A stretch of DNA of 64,000 nt from Rhizophagus irregularis (lineage: Eukaryota): contig NC_089436.1 of NCBI RefSeq assembly GCF_026210795.1, positions 1,178,001-1,242,000 of the forward strand, in the 5' to 3' direction. The stretch's first letter is position 1, and each line of letters starts with the position of its first letter. The notes under the pieces are model-generated. The model was not told the origin of the DNA, ran no database searches, and was given only the letters and a program-made list of their open reading frames with translations. Of the stretch, positions 1-10,738 are shown in pieces. The translations under genes and the position numbers were made by a program.

Positions 1-204
1 ACTTTAAAATTTTTTACTTATGGACAGCTAAGACAGGTAACTTCGCGATGCGATTTTTGTTCCGGAGAGATTTTTAACAAAAAGCTTACTACGTAAAATT
101 TTTCGTTTTTCGAGTTGAGTTGTCAGTTCATCAATATCAATAGTCTCAGACATTATATTTTATTTATTAGTAAAGTTTTTAATCATTTCGAGTGATGAAA
201 AAAA

Positions 205-313
205 ATGCGTCATCCGGGTCACGTCACCCGGGTTGATCTGCTGCTGGGTCAAAGCGTTGCGGATCTCGGGTCAGGTCGATCACTCGGGTTTGATCCGACC
301 CGTACGGAGCACT
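205..313. mobile_element. Right end of a hAT-like non-autonomous element
   Basis: GC-rich cluster of CGGGTC/GACCCG motifs ending in GAGCACTA. This resembles the end GAACACTA of the element at 20279-20657. Confidence 0.45.
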
Positions 314-600
314 AAGTCCGATATATTGTGTATCAGAAAAAATTTTGTATCAAATATGACAATGATCAGCATTTTAACGGTAACCAATTACTAATTTAAC
401 CGGTTCGGTTAAAAATTGTTTTTTACCCGGTTGACAAATGTTCAGTTTAATCTTTAACCTCAATTTAATATTGGTCAGATGCTAGAATGTTCCAGACTAC
501 AAGTATTTATAAGCTGCTGCTTAAAAACTATAAATAAAAGCGTTTTACTTACTCTTCTTACTCTTCATAATTTTTTTAAAAAAATTACAAACGCTTCAAG

Positions 601-3205
601 ATGTCTCAACACGTTGGATCCAGAAAGACATATAATGAATGTTTCGAATGTGCACGACAACGAACAGCAGTAGCATGGTGTAAGAATTGCGATATTGCAT
701 TTTTAAAAGATAATTTTCATAATTGGACTAGTAGAAATTCTAAAATAGATGATTTTATTAAGTATACTCAGTTAAACGCTAAAGAGAGTATGGATTATCT
801 TGAATGGATTAATTTTGATCAATTCGACTTGATCGAAAATATTAATAAACGAGGCGCTTTCAGCTCGATTTATTCAGCAGTATGGATGGAAGGCCCAAAA
901 TGGAATCTTGACGAGGAGGCCGAATTATGGACTCGTACTGGTCCAATTAAGGTGATTCTAAAACGATTAGATAATTCTCAGAACATGGACCATGAATTTA
1001 TTAATCAGGCAGGTGAAAGTTTTTATCTGATCTATCCTTATAAAATTTTTTTTCAGAAAATGATCACGTGACTGGGTTTCTTTCGGAATAAAACTAGAAA
1101 AATGATCATTTATCGGAGATTTTTCTAGAATTTTTTTATAGGGTAGCCATAATTCGTTGTATAGTATATAAGTAATAAGATCTGATCTTTAAATTTTATA
1201 TAATTTTTAAACAAATTTAGATCCGTTTCTTCAGTGGATTCGTTATAGATAACAGGTTATGACGATAGTAGTGGAGTACGGTGGAAGTGTTGAGTGGAGT
1301 ACGGTGATATTTAGAAGTAACTTATAAATATGTGAAATGTACTCAAGTGATAAATAATACCTCCCATATTATGATGATGATTTTGACCAGCTCATTTTAT
1401 TTATCACTTGAGTACGTGAACCATCAATTAATTAAATTAAACTTATGTAAACTATTTATTGTAAAGTATCATATAGAAGTTTATTATTAGTAGAGAATTT
1501 TTTTGAAATGGCTTAATTTATGCCGGTTATAAATTAAATACCGGTATTTTAGATTAATTCGGATTTTTTAATTTATAATTTCTCATTTTAAAAAATATTA
1601 TAAATTAACATATACACAGTGAAATTCGATATAATGGAACCATCCGTTCAATTAGTAAAGTTTGTCAAAGATCTGTTATATCGAGAAATCCATTTCATCA
1701 ATAGTAAATTAATGATAAATCCGTTCCAGACCCCAATTCGATATATCAAGGTTCCGGTATATCGAATTTCACAGTGTTAAATTAACATAACAAGTGTTTC
1801 TCGGAAAGTAATTTATCCGTGCACGCCTTGAAACAGAAGCCATTAAATTTCCGAAACTAATTTCGATAAATCGTATTAGTCTTTGTGCAATACTACAAGA
1901 TTAAAGAAGTACACAAACCCTAAAAAAACATGACACCTCGCTTTTTTGAAAAATACTAAAGAAAAAATTTTTTTCTTATTGAGAAGTATCCAAAAAAAAG
2001 CTAAAAAAGCTTGAATTATTAATTTTTATTTGAAAAGGAAGGTGTCATGAAAAAGACAACTATTTGCAGAATTTGGGAATTGGGATGAAAACAATAAGAA
2101 TCTAGAGTTATGAACGTGTGAATTATAATAGGAATTACTACAATACTATAAGTTATCATGATCGTCAAAAAAAAATTCTAATAATAAACTTTATATGATA
2201 CACATAATTTAATTAAATTGATGGTACTCCACTCATCATTATCACACCGGACTCAACTATTCGTAGCATTTCAACCTGGTAGTACATTTTAATTGTGAAT
2301 TTCATAAAAAATAGATTGATGTCAACAATAAATTCTTAAAATTTTAATTCGCATGAGTATGATTACGTATGATAACTGATATTAACCATTTAGTCTTTTT
2401 TATCTAATAGTTATATAGATATCATAAATGCTTGCAAAGTGGAGCACTTGCAGATTGTTTTGGTATAACTAAAGACCCAACATCATGCTACATGTTCGTT
2501 ATGAGATATTATAAAAATGGAAATTTATACTCGTACCTCGAAGAAACTATGGGGATTCTTTGCTGGAGAGATATTGTAGACATGTTATGGTCAATATCCG
2601 CAGGTCTAGATTTGATTCACAAACATGACCTCGTTCATGGACATCTACATGGAGGAAATATATTGGTCGAAAGTGATGTGAACTCTATTGACACTAAAAT
2701 TACGGATACTGGATTACACGGACCAGTTGATAAACAAATACCATTCAAACAAATTTACGGTGTAGTTCCCTTTGTTGCTCCAGAGATCTTTGATGGAAAG
2801 ACGCCAACTAAAGAATCTGATGTATATAGTTTTGGTATGGTCATGTGGATGTTATCAGCTGGTGTGCGTCCTTATTGTGATAGACCTCATGATAAACAAC
2901 TAATTCAAGAAATCTGCTTAGGATTAAGACCAAGCGTCGTAGATGGAACTCCATCTGTTTTCTCCAATTTAATGTTACAATGTTTAGATGCGAATCCATC
3001 AAATAGACCAACAGCATCTCAACTTTACGAATGCTTAGGAAATTGGATCACTGCAATTTGTGATGACCCTAACCCATCCGATTTATCAGAACAATTTGAC
3101 GCTGCTGAAGAAATTAAATTCTCAAATTTAGAAAATTCTAATTTCAACACTTTTGCGATTCACGAAAAAGCTTTTTATTTCAGTCATCCATTATTAGATG
3201 CTTAG
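601..3205 (+). CDS. TKL-family pseudokinase K1 (exons 601-1008 and 2411-3205; GC-AG intron; 400 aa)
   Basis: Exon 1 has CFEC..WCKNC, WTS and IKVILK and ends EFINQ|GCAGGT. The acceptor TAATAG precedes LYRYHKCLQ. Exon 2 has HGHLHGGN, DTG, APE, SDVYSFG and RPTA. The phase-0 join matches all paralogs. Confidence 0.9.
1339..1415. repeat. Perfect 19-bp inverted repeat (mini-MITE/hairpin) in the K1 intron
   Basis: GTACTCAAGTGATAAATAA (1339-1357) / TTATTTATCACTTGAGTAC (1397-1415). Confidence 0.8.
1614..1777. mobile_element. pogo/Tc1-like MITE in the K1 intron
   Basis: TIRs ACACAGTGAAATTCGATATAATGGAACC / GGTTCCGGTATATCGAATTTCACAGTGT, 28 bp with 3 mismatches. Confidence 0.7.
1790..2060. repeat. Diverged dispersed repeat, second copy at about 7480-7740
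   Basis: Shared collinear blocks ACGCCTTGAAA, TCGATAAA, AATACTA, TACACAA, ACACCTCGCTTTTT and AAAAGGAA. Confidence 0.6.
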
Positions 3206-4490
3206 AGGTTGGCGTTTCTTCTTTGTTTAATTCTCATATTTTTCAATTTATTTAACTTTTAATTTTATTATAGTTTATCATAGATTTCAATCAGAAATTT
3301 AATTCCTTTTATCGGTATTATTTATTCGTTTTTTTCGATATCACAAACACCACAAACTAAGTAATGTTTCACAAATTAACTACTATTTCGTTTAAAAGCA
3401 AATATTATACGTCCCTATATATTTCGTTTAAGATAAGCAAATATTTATACACAAACACAGAAATTTTTTTTTCTCGTAAAATAAAATAGTTTCTTTATAT
3501 TTATATCGTTATAATAAGTACTAAGAATATATGGCGGTAATAAGGTTTTAAAATAGTCTATCTCATATATGAATTTATCTAGCGTAGAATTTCCTTATTA
3601 CGAAATCTTATTCGTCAACTTTCAAATAATTTTTTACTTTTAGAAATTTTAGGTATATTTAAAGTCCGTTCAAATTAATTGTATGCTTAACTACCTATTT
3701 TTTAGTTCTAATAAATACGATAATATGTTTAGTAATACTCAAAAACAATAATTAAGTTGAAATGGACTAAATTATAAGAAATAATAACTCGCTGTTGGTA
3801 ATTTTCAAGAGCAAATTTCATTCTTATTGAAAAAAAAAAGATGTATCTTATTATGTGTAAAGATATAATAAATTCTTTTTATTCGATAACTGTAACAAAA
3901 CGAATATGGTTTCCAAATTATGATTGTCCTTCAATTCGTAAATTGCGTTCAGAATCATTCCGTACAACGGTACAAGATTTTCCTTATTTTGTTGTTCTGC
4001 AATTCAAGTCTCAACTCTTGGTCTAAGCAGCGATATGTTCTGTAAGTTGGAAGCATATTCCAAATCTTCCAAATCTAATAAAAATGATTGGAAGCCTCCG
4101 TTATAAAAAATACGCATGTATAAGGTAATACGTGTTGAATTATAAATAGAAAGCTTCCAATGCATATCACTAATCTAGAATGTTCAACTAACGATTGATT
4201 CGTGATTCCTCTACTAACGATTTAAGACGTGTTTAATTAGTTAAAAGCTTAAAACCCATCTGAGTAAGTCAATATTTTAGTCGTTATTCTTTTAAATTTA
4301 TAATAATATCAGAGCTGTTACGGATAATAATATTTCGTTTGCGATACTTTTTATCTTTCTATTAATAAATCTTATAAACTTTGTCACCTATTACCAATGA
4401 ATAGATATTTTTGTAAGGCGAATTTTTTTCATAAAACTTAATGGGATGAATTACACAAATAAAAAAAGTAATTGCTAATAGACGCTACCG
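3206..4490. repeat. 3' flank co-duplicated with the kinase gene (homologous to about 29725-31315 and, more weakly, 21856-22540)
   Basis: Shared blocks in the same order: AAGTTGAAATGG.CTAAATTATAAGAAATA, AATATCAGAGCTGTTACG and GATGAATTACACAAATAAAAAAA. Confidence 0.8.
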
Positions 4491-4820
4491 ACTTATAAGC
4501 TATTAATTATAGCGCATGCCGTACTTTCACTTCCATTTTTACAAGACATATGCCGTTTGCTAGACCAATGAATTTGGGCATATTGCAATTTTTAGGTTGA
4601 TTGTTAAAACCTATTATTTAATTAAAATATTAATCATTAATTATTTGTATATATTTATTCAAATATAAAAAAAAATAAATTATAAATTAATTAAAGATTA
4701 TTTAAGTATAAAACATTTTATTACCTTAAATAAATAGATTAATTAAAAAAGTTTCTATACAAAAATACATAAATATTGCATGCTAATAAAGTATTAGCAA
4801 GTAAATAATCCATATACTAA

Positions 4821-4985
4821 ACCTATAAAACTACTAATACTTTCTTGACTTGTTTTTATCGTTTTCCGTAAAAGGCTCGTATTTCCGGAATTAATCACGG
4901 AATTTATCGAATTGTTTACATTTTCCATGAATGGATCCGTGAAAACGGAGTTTTTACAGAAATAACGGATAAAAATTTTATAGGG
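4821..4985. mobile_element. CCCTATAAAA-terminus MITE family member (CMC/EnSpm-like, tentative)
   Basis: The right end ACGGAGTTTTTACAGAAATAACGGATAAAAATTTTATAGGG is nearly identical to the right TIR at 28020-28064. Related copies lie at 25814-25917 and, degenerate, 1036-1143. Confidence 0.65.
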
Positions 4986-5424
4986 CAAATAGTTAAAAAT
5001 ACATATTATTAGTGTATTAAGCGCCTAAAAATAATTTTTTACAAATAAATATATAATAGCTTTAAAAATATTAGTTATTGTCTCTAAATACGACAAAAGG
5101 TATTTTTTATTAATACTTACAGTACCAACAACATTTTAGCATTATTCAATAACCCAAAGAAAGTGTGATCGAAGTGTTTTCTGTGATCTAAAGTGTGATC
5201 TCAAAGTTAAGCAGTAAATATATTGAATTTTTTCTAGTAAAAAGACTTCGAGTTCAGAGTATACAGTATGCAAAGAGTCCATTTATCGTGACACATAAAG
5301 AAATTAAAATGTTATTAAAAAAAAAAAAAGTTTCGCAATCTAAACATATTGGTTATTATTAATAACGAAAATAATCATTATTATTTAGTATTTCATGGGG
5401 AGTTGGGAATAATAGGGTTTTTTT

Positions 5425-6014
5425 CCAGTCATTTCCAATCTAATATAAAATAAAAAATCAAACTTTGTTTAAAAAATTATCAAAGTAATTTTATTATGGT
5501 TAATACCTTTATGGGGAACGCAAGTTCAGGACCATTTACTCTTTCTTCAGGTTGTATAGGATGAGATACGGGGTAAAGTGAAACATTTGGTCCAAATAGA
5601 ACACGATCTCCAATTTCAACTTTATTACAGTCCAATATTGTACAATTAAAATTACAAAAAAAATTATCCCCAATATGAATATTATATCCCTACGAAATTA
5701 CCGTAATAAAAATATTAATTTCGTCACAAATATAATTGAATATGATAAAAACTCACATAATCACAATAGAATGGTGGTTCAATTTCAACATCCTTACCAA
5801 CACTACCAAATTATTGACGAAAAATGTTTTCTCTTTCACGATATTCATCAGTTTTAAAACGAATTGGTTTAGAATTATTAAATTTATAAAGTATTTCTCT
5901 AGCTTTAAACCGATCATTAATTAATTCTTCGGAAAATCCTGAATATGGAAGTCCGGCAAGGGCTTTTTCTTTTTCACTTAACATATTTTCATTTAAATTG
6001 TTTTTTTCGGACAT
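5425..6014 (-). pseudogene. Maltose/galactoside O-acetyltransferase (Maa/LacA hexapeptide family) pseudogene; exons 6014-5757, 5689-5507, 5439-about 5425
   Basis: EKEKALAGLPY...RQ*FGSVGKDVEIEPPFYCDY|GYNIHIGDNFFCNFNCTILDCNKVEIGDRVLFGPNVSLY..HP...PIK|IGND. Two GT-AG introns. In-frame TAA at 5813-5811. Homology is lost after IGND. Confidence 0.85.
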
Positions 6015-8033
6015 TTTTTTTTTTGTTTCGATTAATCTAAGGTTTGTTTATGGGAAGAAAAGAAAACTTTCTTATATATACTGTTTATGTAAGATTTTTT
6101 TTTTATTTTATCGCGAAAATTACTGGATGAACCTTATGCACTAATCAAAAGGTAAATTAGAATTTTTACTCGGTTATGACCGATCCGGTAATGTTATTGT
6201 TGTTTTGATTTTGTAGAATGACTTTCCTTAGATGAGCAAGCTATTAAGTACTAAAATCGACAAAAATCATTTGAGCGAATCATAAGTATTCTTTTATATA
6301 AAGTCGGAGTAAAATTTCACATAGATATCCAAAAAATGGTAAGAGATCTTGATATCGAAAAAAAAAAATTTATATATTTATAAATATAGAAATCACATTT
6401 CGATATATAGAATGAGTTTTATATGAGGATATTCGTAAAGGGGAATAAAAAGTTTTATACGACAATAACATTAAAAAAATGCTTTTAGAAATAATAAATA
6501 TAAAATTGGTTAGTTCGATATCAGCTCAGCCGGTCTGAATCAGTTACTTGATTCAAATAATTCATTAAAATGATCAGCTTTTAAAATCTTGGAATATTAC
6601 GTGAGGCTAAATATGTTTTTTCAAGCTCAATGAGATTTTATTCCAGAGTTTATTTCAGTGATGTGTGGAAGTTTTTTAATCTGCTGTTATACTACGCAGA
6701 ATTTTATGCGGTGTAATAGGACCCGGGGGGTTGCCAGAGTTATATAAAAAATTTCTTTAGCGCTAGTGTTACTTTATTGCATATTTGCATATTGCATACA
6801 CGGCACTATGTGCTAAGCTTTATTACACAGATTTCTCATAAAAATAAAAAATTTACTGCAAACCTCGCTTAAAACGTTTACTATTTTCTTCAAGAGATGA
6901 ATCGGATAATCGACTAGAAGAACTTTCGAGAGGTATGACTTTGAAGTCTCGGATTGATTGGCCACGCTCAGCTGATCAAAATCGACCTGAAGTCTGGTCA
7001 TGATAAAATTTCTGCGCCTCAGAGGCGTAGCCAGCATCACGTGAATTGATTTTTAGCGTAAGTTGATGCTGCCGAGTTCCGCAGTGAAAGATAGATATAT
7101 ATATATACTGTATATAGAATTAACTTCAGGAAATAAAACCAGTAACATATTATACAATAGTAGATTTTACTATAGGACTTGACTTAGTTTTGTGAAACTA
7201 CAGTATGTTGACAGAACAACGGGTTCGCATATAAACAAGCGCGTGATACGTTGGGGACTAATAAAATCAAAGTCTCATGCAATTTTCGCTATTACAAATT
7301 TTTTGTAAATTTGATACCAATCAATATTTAACACATTAATTTCGGAAAATACCGGTTACTTTTATTTATATTTATAATTAAGTAATAAATTCATTATATC
7401 ATTTTATTTATTTTAAGGCTAGTCAGATTCATTATATCATTTTTATCATCTTTCTTTCTTTTAATTTTGAGCTTGTATTTCACGTGTTTTTTTAATTGTC
7501 GAGAACGCCTTGAAATAGGAGGCATTTTCCCATTAAAAAAACCGAATCATAAAAACTCGATAAACTGTGCCTTATTTGTTTTTATGTAATACTAAAAGTC
7601 AAAACATACACAATAACTTTAAAAGCAATGTAACACCTCGCTTTTTAAGAAATTTTTTTTTTTTTATTGCTAAAAGGTTATTTCAGAGCGGGAATATCAT
7701 TGGAGAGAAAAGGAAAGGCGTTATGTGAAAGAGATTATTGTTTGGAATGTTCCTGCAGAAATATACAATGTGAATAATGAGAAGAGTTTCGATTTATGGA
7801 AGTTTAAAAATAAATCAATCAATTTTAATAGGAAAATTTATAATAAAAGGCAATTTTTAGTATATATGATGACAAAAAAATTGATCAATTGATTTTATTA
7901 GTCCATTGACCACCCCAGTGATACACTATGGTTGTAAAAGTTCTGGAAATTCTATAAATAGTGAAAAAGAATTCGATCGAAGAATTCTCTGCTGTTTTAA
8001 ATATACAGTATGACTATGTTTATGTTTTACACG

Positions 8034-8156
8034 TACTGTATTTTGCGGTATATAAGCACCCCTTTTTTGCATTTGATGCCGGCCAAGATCCTCATAATTC
8101 TGGCCAAAATTGCCATAATTCTGGTCAGGGGTGCTTATTTACCGCAAAATACGGTA
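8034..8156. mobile_element. pogo/Tc1-like MITE with TA target duplication, about 300 bp upstream of the 537-aa gene
   Basis: TACTGTATTTTGCGGTATATAAGCACCCC / GGGGTGCTTATTTACCGCAAAATACGGTA, 29 bp with 2 mismatches. Confidence 0.85.
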
Positions 8157-8461
8157 TATGCGGCAGCGTGAGCACAACACTGATTTACTGATTAGATCGC
8201 GAGATAATCGCAGCAAAAGATTTCATATACTTTATAAATCCATTTTAATGCGTGACAAAATAAAATTATTTTAAAGATTGACTACTATAAATAATAAAAT
8301 CTAGATTTTTTAAATTATATATAAATATACATCCTTCTTTAAAAGGAGAATTAAGAAACTTCTTACTAAACTTCAAATATTTCTCGTATAATAACGATTT
8401 AGAGAAACATCGTATCTTGATTATCTTGATTAACTATATCAAGAAATATTATAATAGTATC

Positions 8462-10075
8462 ATGAATTTATATTATAATAGTTTTGTGACATACTTTGGA
8501 TTGTTTATTTTAATATGTCTAACCGGATTTATTACGTCAGTTGGAGTCGGACGTATAGAATTGGTGTTTCCGGTCGGTAGCGCTTTTATAACAGCAATAC
8601 CGATGATTCTAACATACGTATCGTTGCATCTAATTATGCGGATTATTAGTAATCTGCTTAATTGGGTGATGAGTTATTTAATAATATATAACGAAAGAGA
8701 AATTGAACCACGCGCTTTAATGGCAGTAGCCAATAATCAAGATACCGGAATGTTACAGTCTGTTAAACTATTATTAACAGAGAGAAAAGTTCCACTAGTA
8801 CTAAGAATTATTATTTTTATAATTGCTTTAGTTGGAACACTCGAAATAGTTATTGGATTTGCAATAAGCACAACTACAATACCAGGATCTTTATCAATTA
8901 AGGGTGGAGCGTTTAACGCTGATCCTTTAAAACCATGTGTGGAAGAGGACGGGGGATGTCCGGCATTATTGCAATCTAAATTTAGGTTTCAGTGGTTACA
9001 AGGTGCTTCAGATTTGATGGTAAATGGAATTTCTAAGCAGTTATCTATGCACTGGGGAGATTTAGTTGATGATGAAAGAATAGTGATGGTAGCAACAACC
9101 GATAACAATTCAAATATAAATTATAAGTTGGTACAAGCTAAGAATGAGACTATTCCAGCTTTTAGTTTGAGTACTATGTGTTACAATACTCCTGAAACTT
9201 ATCCAATTCTAGGATCAAATTCTTTTCGTGATCTAAATATAACACAACCAACCCCATTATTTGATTTAATACAAACCATACAAGCAAATTCTGGATTAGA
9301 GGGTCGGTGGATGGGAGAAATTGTTAAACTTGAGCAAGATAATCTTAATGAAACTACTCGAATAACCCTAAATTTCGTACAAATATTACCCGTCAACTCA
9401 TCATGTGTCGGAAAGTTTGATATAGCTGGAAACTTACAGATATGTCGTCCTACAAAAGGTTTACAAATTAGCTGCTTAATGAATGCACATGTTGATTATG
9501 TTGAATATATAACAGCAGGATGTGATACCTGTGGTACTAGAGGAATTAGTAACAATAGAGTAGATTACTCTAGCCCAAAGCCAGTATATGGTGAATTTAT
9601 GCATAAATCATTAGCATCATATGATGGTCATATCCTGATGCCTCAATGCAAAGACACAGTTAATTTTGGAGGATGTTTGGCTCCTGACACAAATAATGTG
9701 GATCTGGTAAGAGCTAAATTTATCGAATTATTACGTGGCATTACTGCCTCTGGAGTCATTGCTAGACGAATCTTATTGTCAGATAAAGGCATAGAAATAC
9801 CAGTCCAGCTTTTAATTAAAGGAGAAACTGGAGTGAGATTAGAAATCGGGGGAGGATATTGGATTACTATACTTATAATGAATATTTTATGCTTTTTAGG
9901 AGTTGTTGGTTGGTTATTCATAAAATACAGAGAAATGGGAGGACGTACAATACCTCAAATATCTATTGAATGGTTAATGTTCGAAGCTGAAGATGCAGAT
10001 GATTGTATTAGAGAAGATAATGGTAAATGTAGAATTGAATATGCCAATGACACGTTTTCAATAATTCCAGTATAG
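8462..10075 (+). CDS. Intronless 537-aa membrane protein: three N-terminal hydrophobic segments, a large Cys-rich ectodomain and a C-terminal TM segment; function unknown
   Basis: Long ORF in very AT-rich DNA. First ATG at 8462. TATATAAATA near 8317 and AATAAA near 10173. Ten Cys and several N-x-S/T sequons lie between the TM segments. Confidence 0.85.
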   Translation: MNLYYNSFVTYFGLFILICLTGFITSVGVGRIELVFPVGSAFITAIPMILTYVSLHLIMRIISNLLNWVMSYLIIYNEREIEPRALMAVANNQDTGMLQSVKLLLTERKVPLVLRIIIFIIALVGTLEIVIGFAISTTTIPGSLSIKGGAFNADPLKPCVEEDGGCPALLQSKFRFQWLQGASDLMVNGISKQLSMHWGDLVDDERIVMVATTDNNSNINYKLVQAKNETIPAFSLSTMCYNTPETYPILGSNSFRDLNITQPTPLFDLIQTIQANSGLEGRWMGEIVKLEQDNLNETTRITLNFVQILPVNSSCVGKFDIAGNLQICRPTKGLQISCLMNAHVDYVEYITAGCDTCGTRGISNNRVDYSSPKPVYGEFMHKSLASYDGHILMPQCKDTVNFGGCLAPDTNNVDLVRAKFIELLRGITASGVIARRILLSDKGIEIPVQLLIKGETGVRLEIGGGYWITILIMNILCFLGVVGWLFIKYREMGGRTIPQISIEWLMFEAEDADDCIREDNGKCRIEYANDTFSIIPV

Positions 10076-10539
10076 TACTTATGTATATTTTTGTATATAA
10101 GCTATGTTTTGTATTCAAATTATATACTGCTTATGTATATTTTTGTATATTAACTATATTTTGTATATATTAAATAAAATGAACTATACTTGTTAAATGT
10201 AATTGGTCCTGCGGTATAAGACATAAACGCTTCGTCGCTTCGCTAATATTGTAACATAAATAAAGTAAATGACTTAAAATTAATTGTTGATTATATATAA
10301 TAATAAGAGCTCACCGACGGTGAACCGTACCAGCATTATAATATACTTTCGACCAGAATTAAAAATCTAATAAAATACTGGCCGGCATTACATTATAATT
10401 TCACCACCGGTGATGTTTAGCAATACCCTAATAATAATTTCCGAGAAAACAAATTTAATAATCAACAAGATATCATACAAGATAATGAAGATGACACATA
10501 AGATATTAGATATATATTGTTAATTGAAAATAACTACGT

Positions 10540-10738
10540 TTAACCGGAGGGGAAATTCTCTCCCTAATACTTATTAGAGTTAGAGGTTAAGATTAGGGGT
10601 CAGGTTTATTTATCACAACGTATCACACTCCCACGGTCTTCATTTTTGTTAATTAATCTGGGGACAGAGAAATTTTTTGTTAATAAAACCTATTTGTCAC
10701 CCATTATTCGTCACGGAAGGAATTTCCCCTCCGGTTAA
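10540..10738. mobile_element. TTAA-flanked piggyBac-like MITE
   Basis: TTAA-CCGGAGGGGAAATTC ... GAATTTCCCCTCCGG-TTAA, a perfect match. Second copy at 47664-47807. Confidence 0.85.

Noticed and set aside
601..3205. Treating exon-1 and exon-2 ORFs as separate two-gene modules (for example toxin-antitoxin-like pairs)
   Set aside because: The halves are the N- and C-lobes of one kinase fold. They are joined in frame by conserved donor and acceptor sites in every copy.
6880..7090. GC-richer patch considered as a possible ncRNA
   Set aside because: No tRNA, snRNA or snoRNA structure that I can support; an Rfam scan would be needed.
4794..8191. ORFs 4794-4988, 5675-5857, 5736-5924 and 7961-8191
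   Set aside because: They overlap MITEs or lie antisense to the acetyltransferase pseudogene, and have no protein-like features.
9199..9921. Minus-strand ORFs 9199-9396 and 9643-9921
   Set aside because: They are shadow ORFs antisense to the 537-aa gene.
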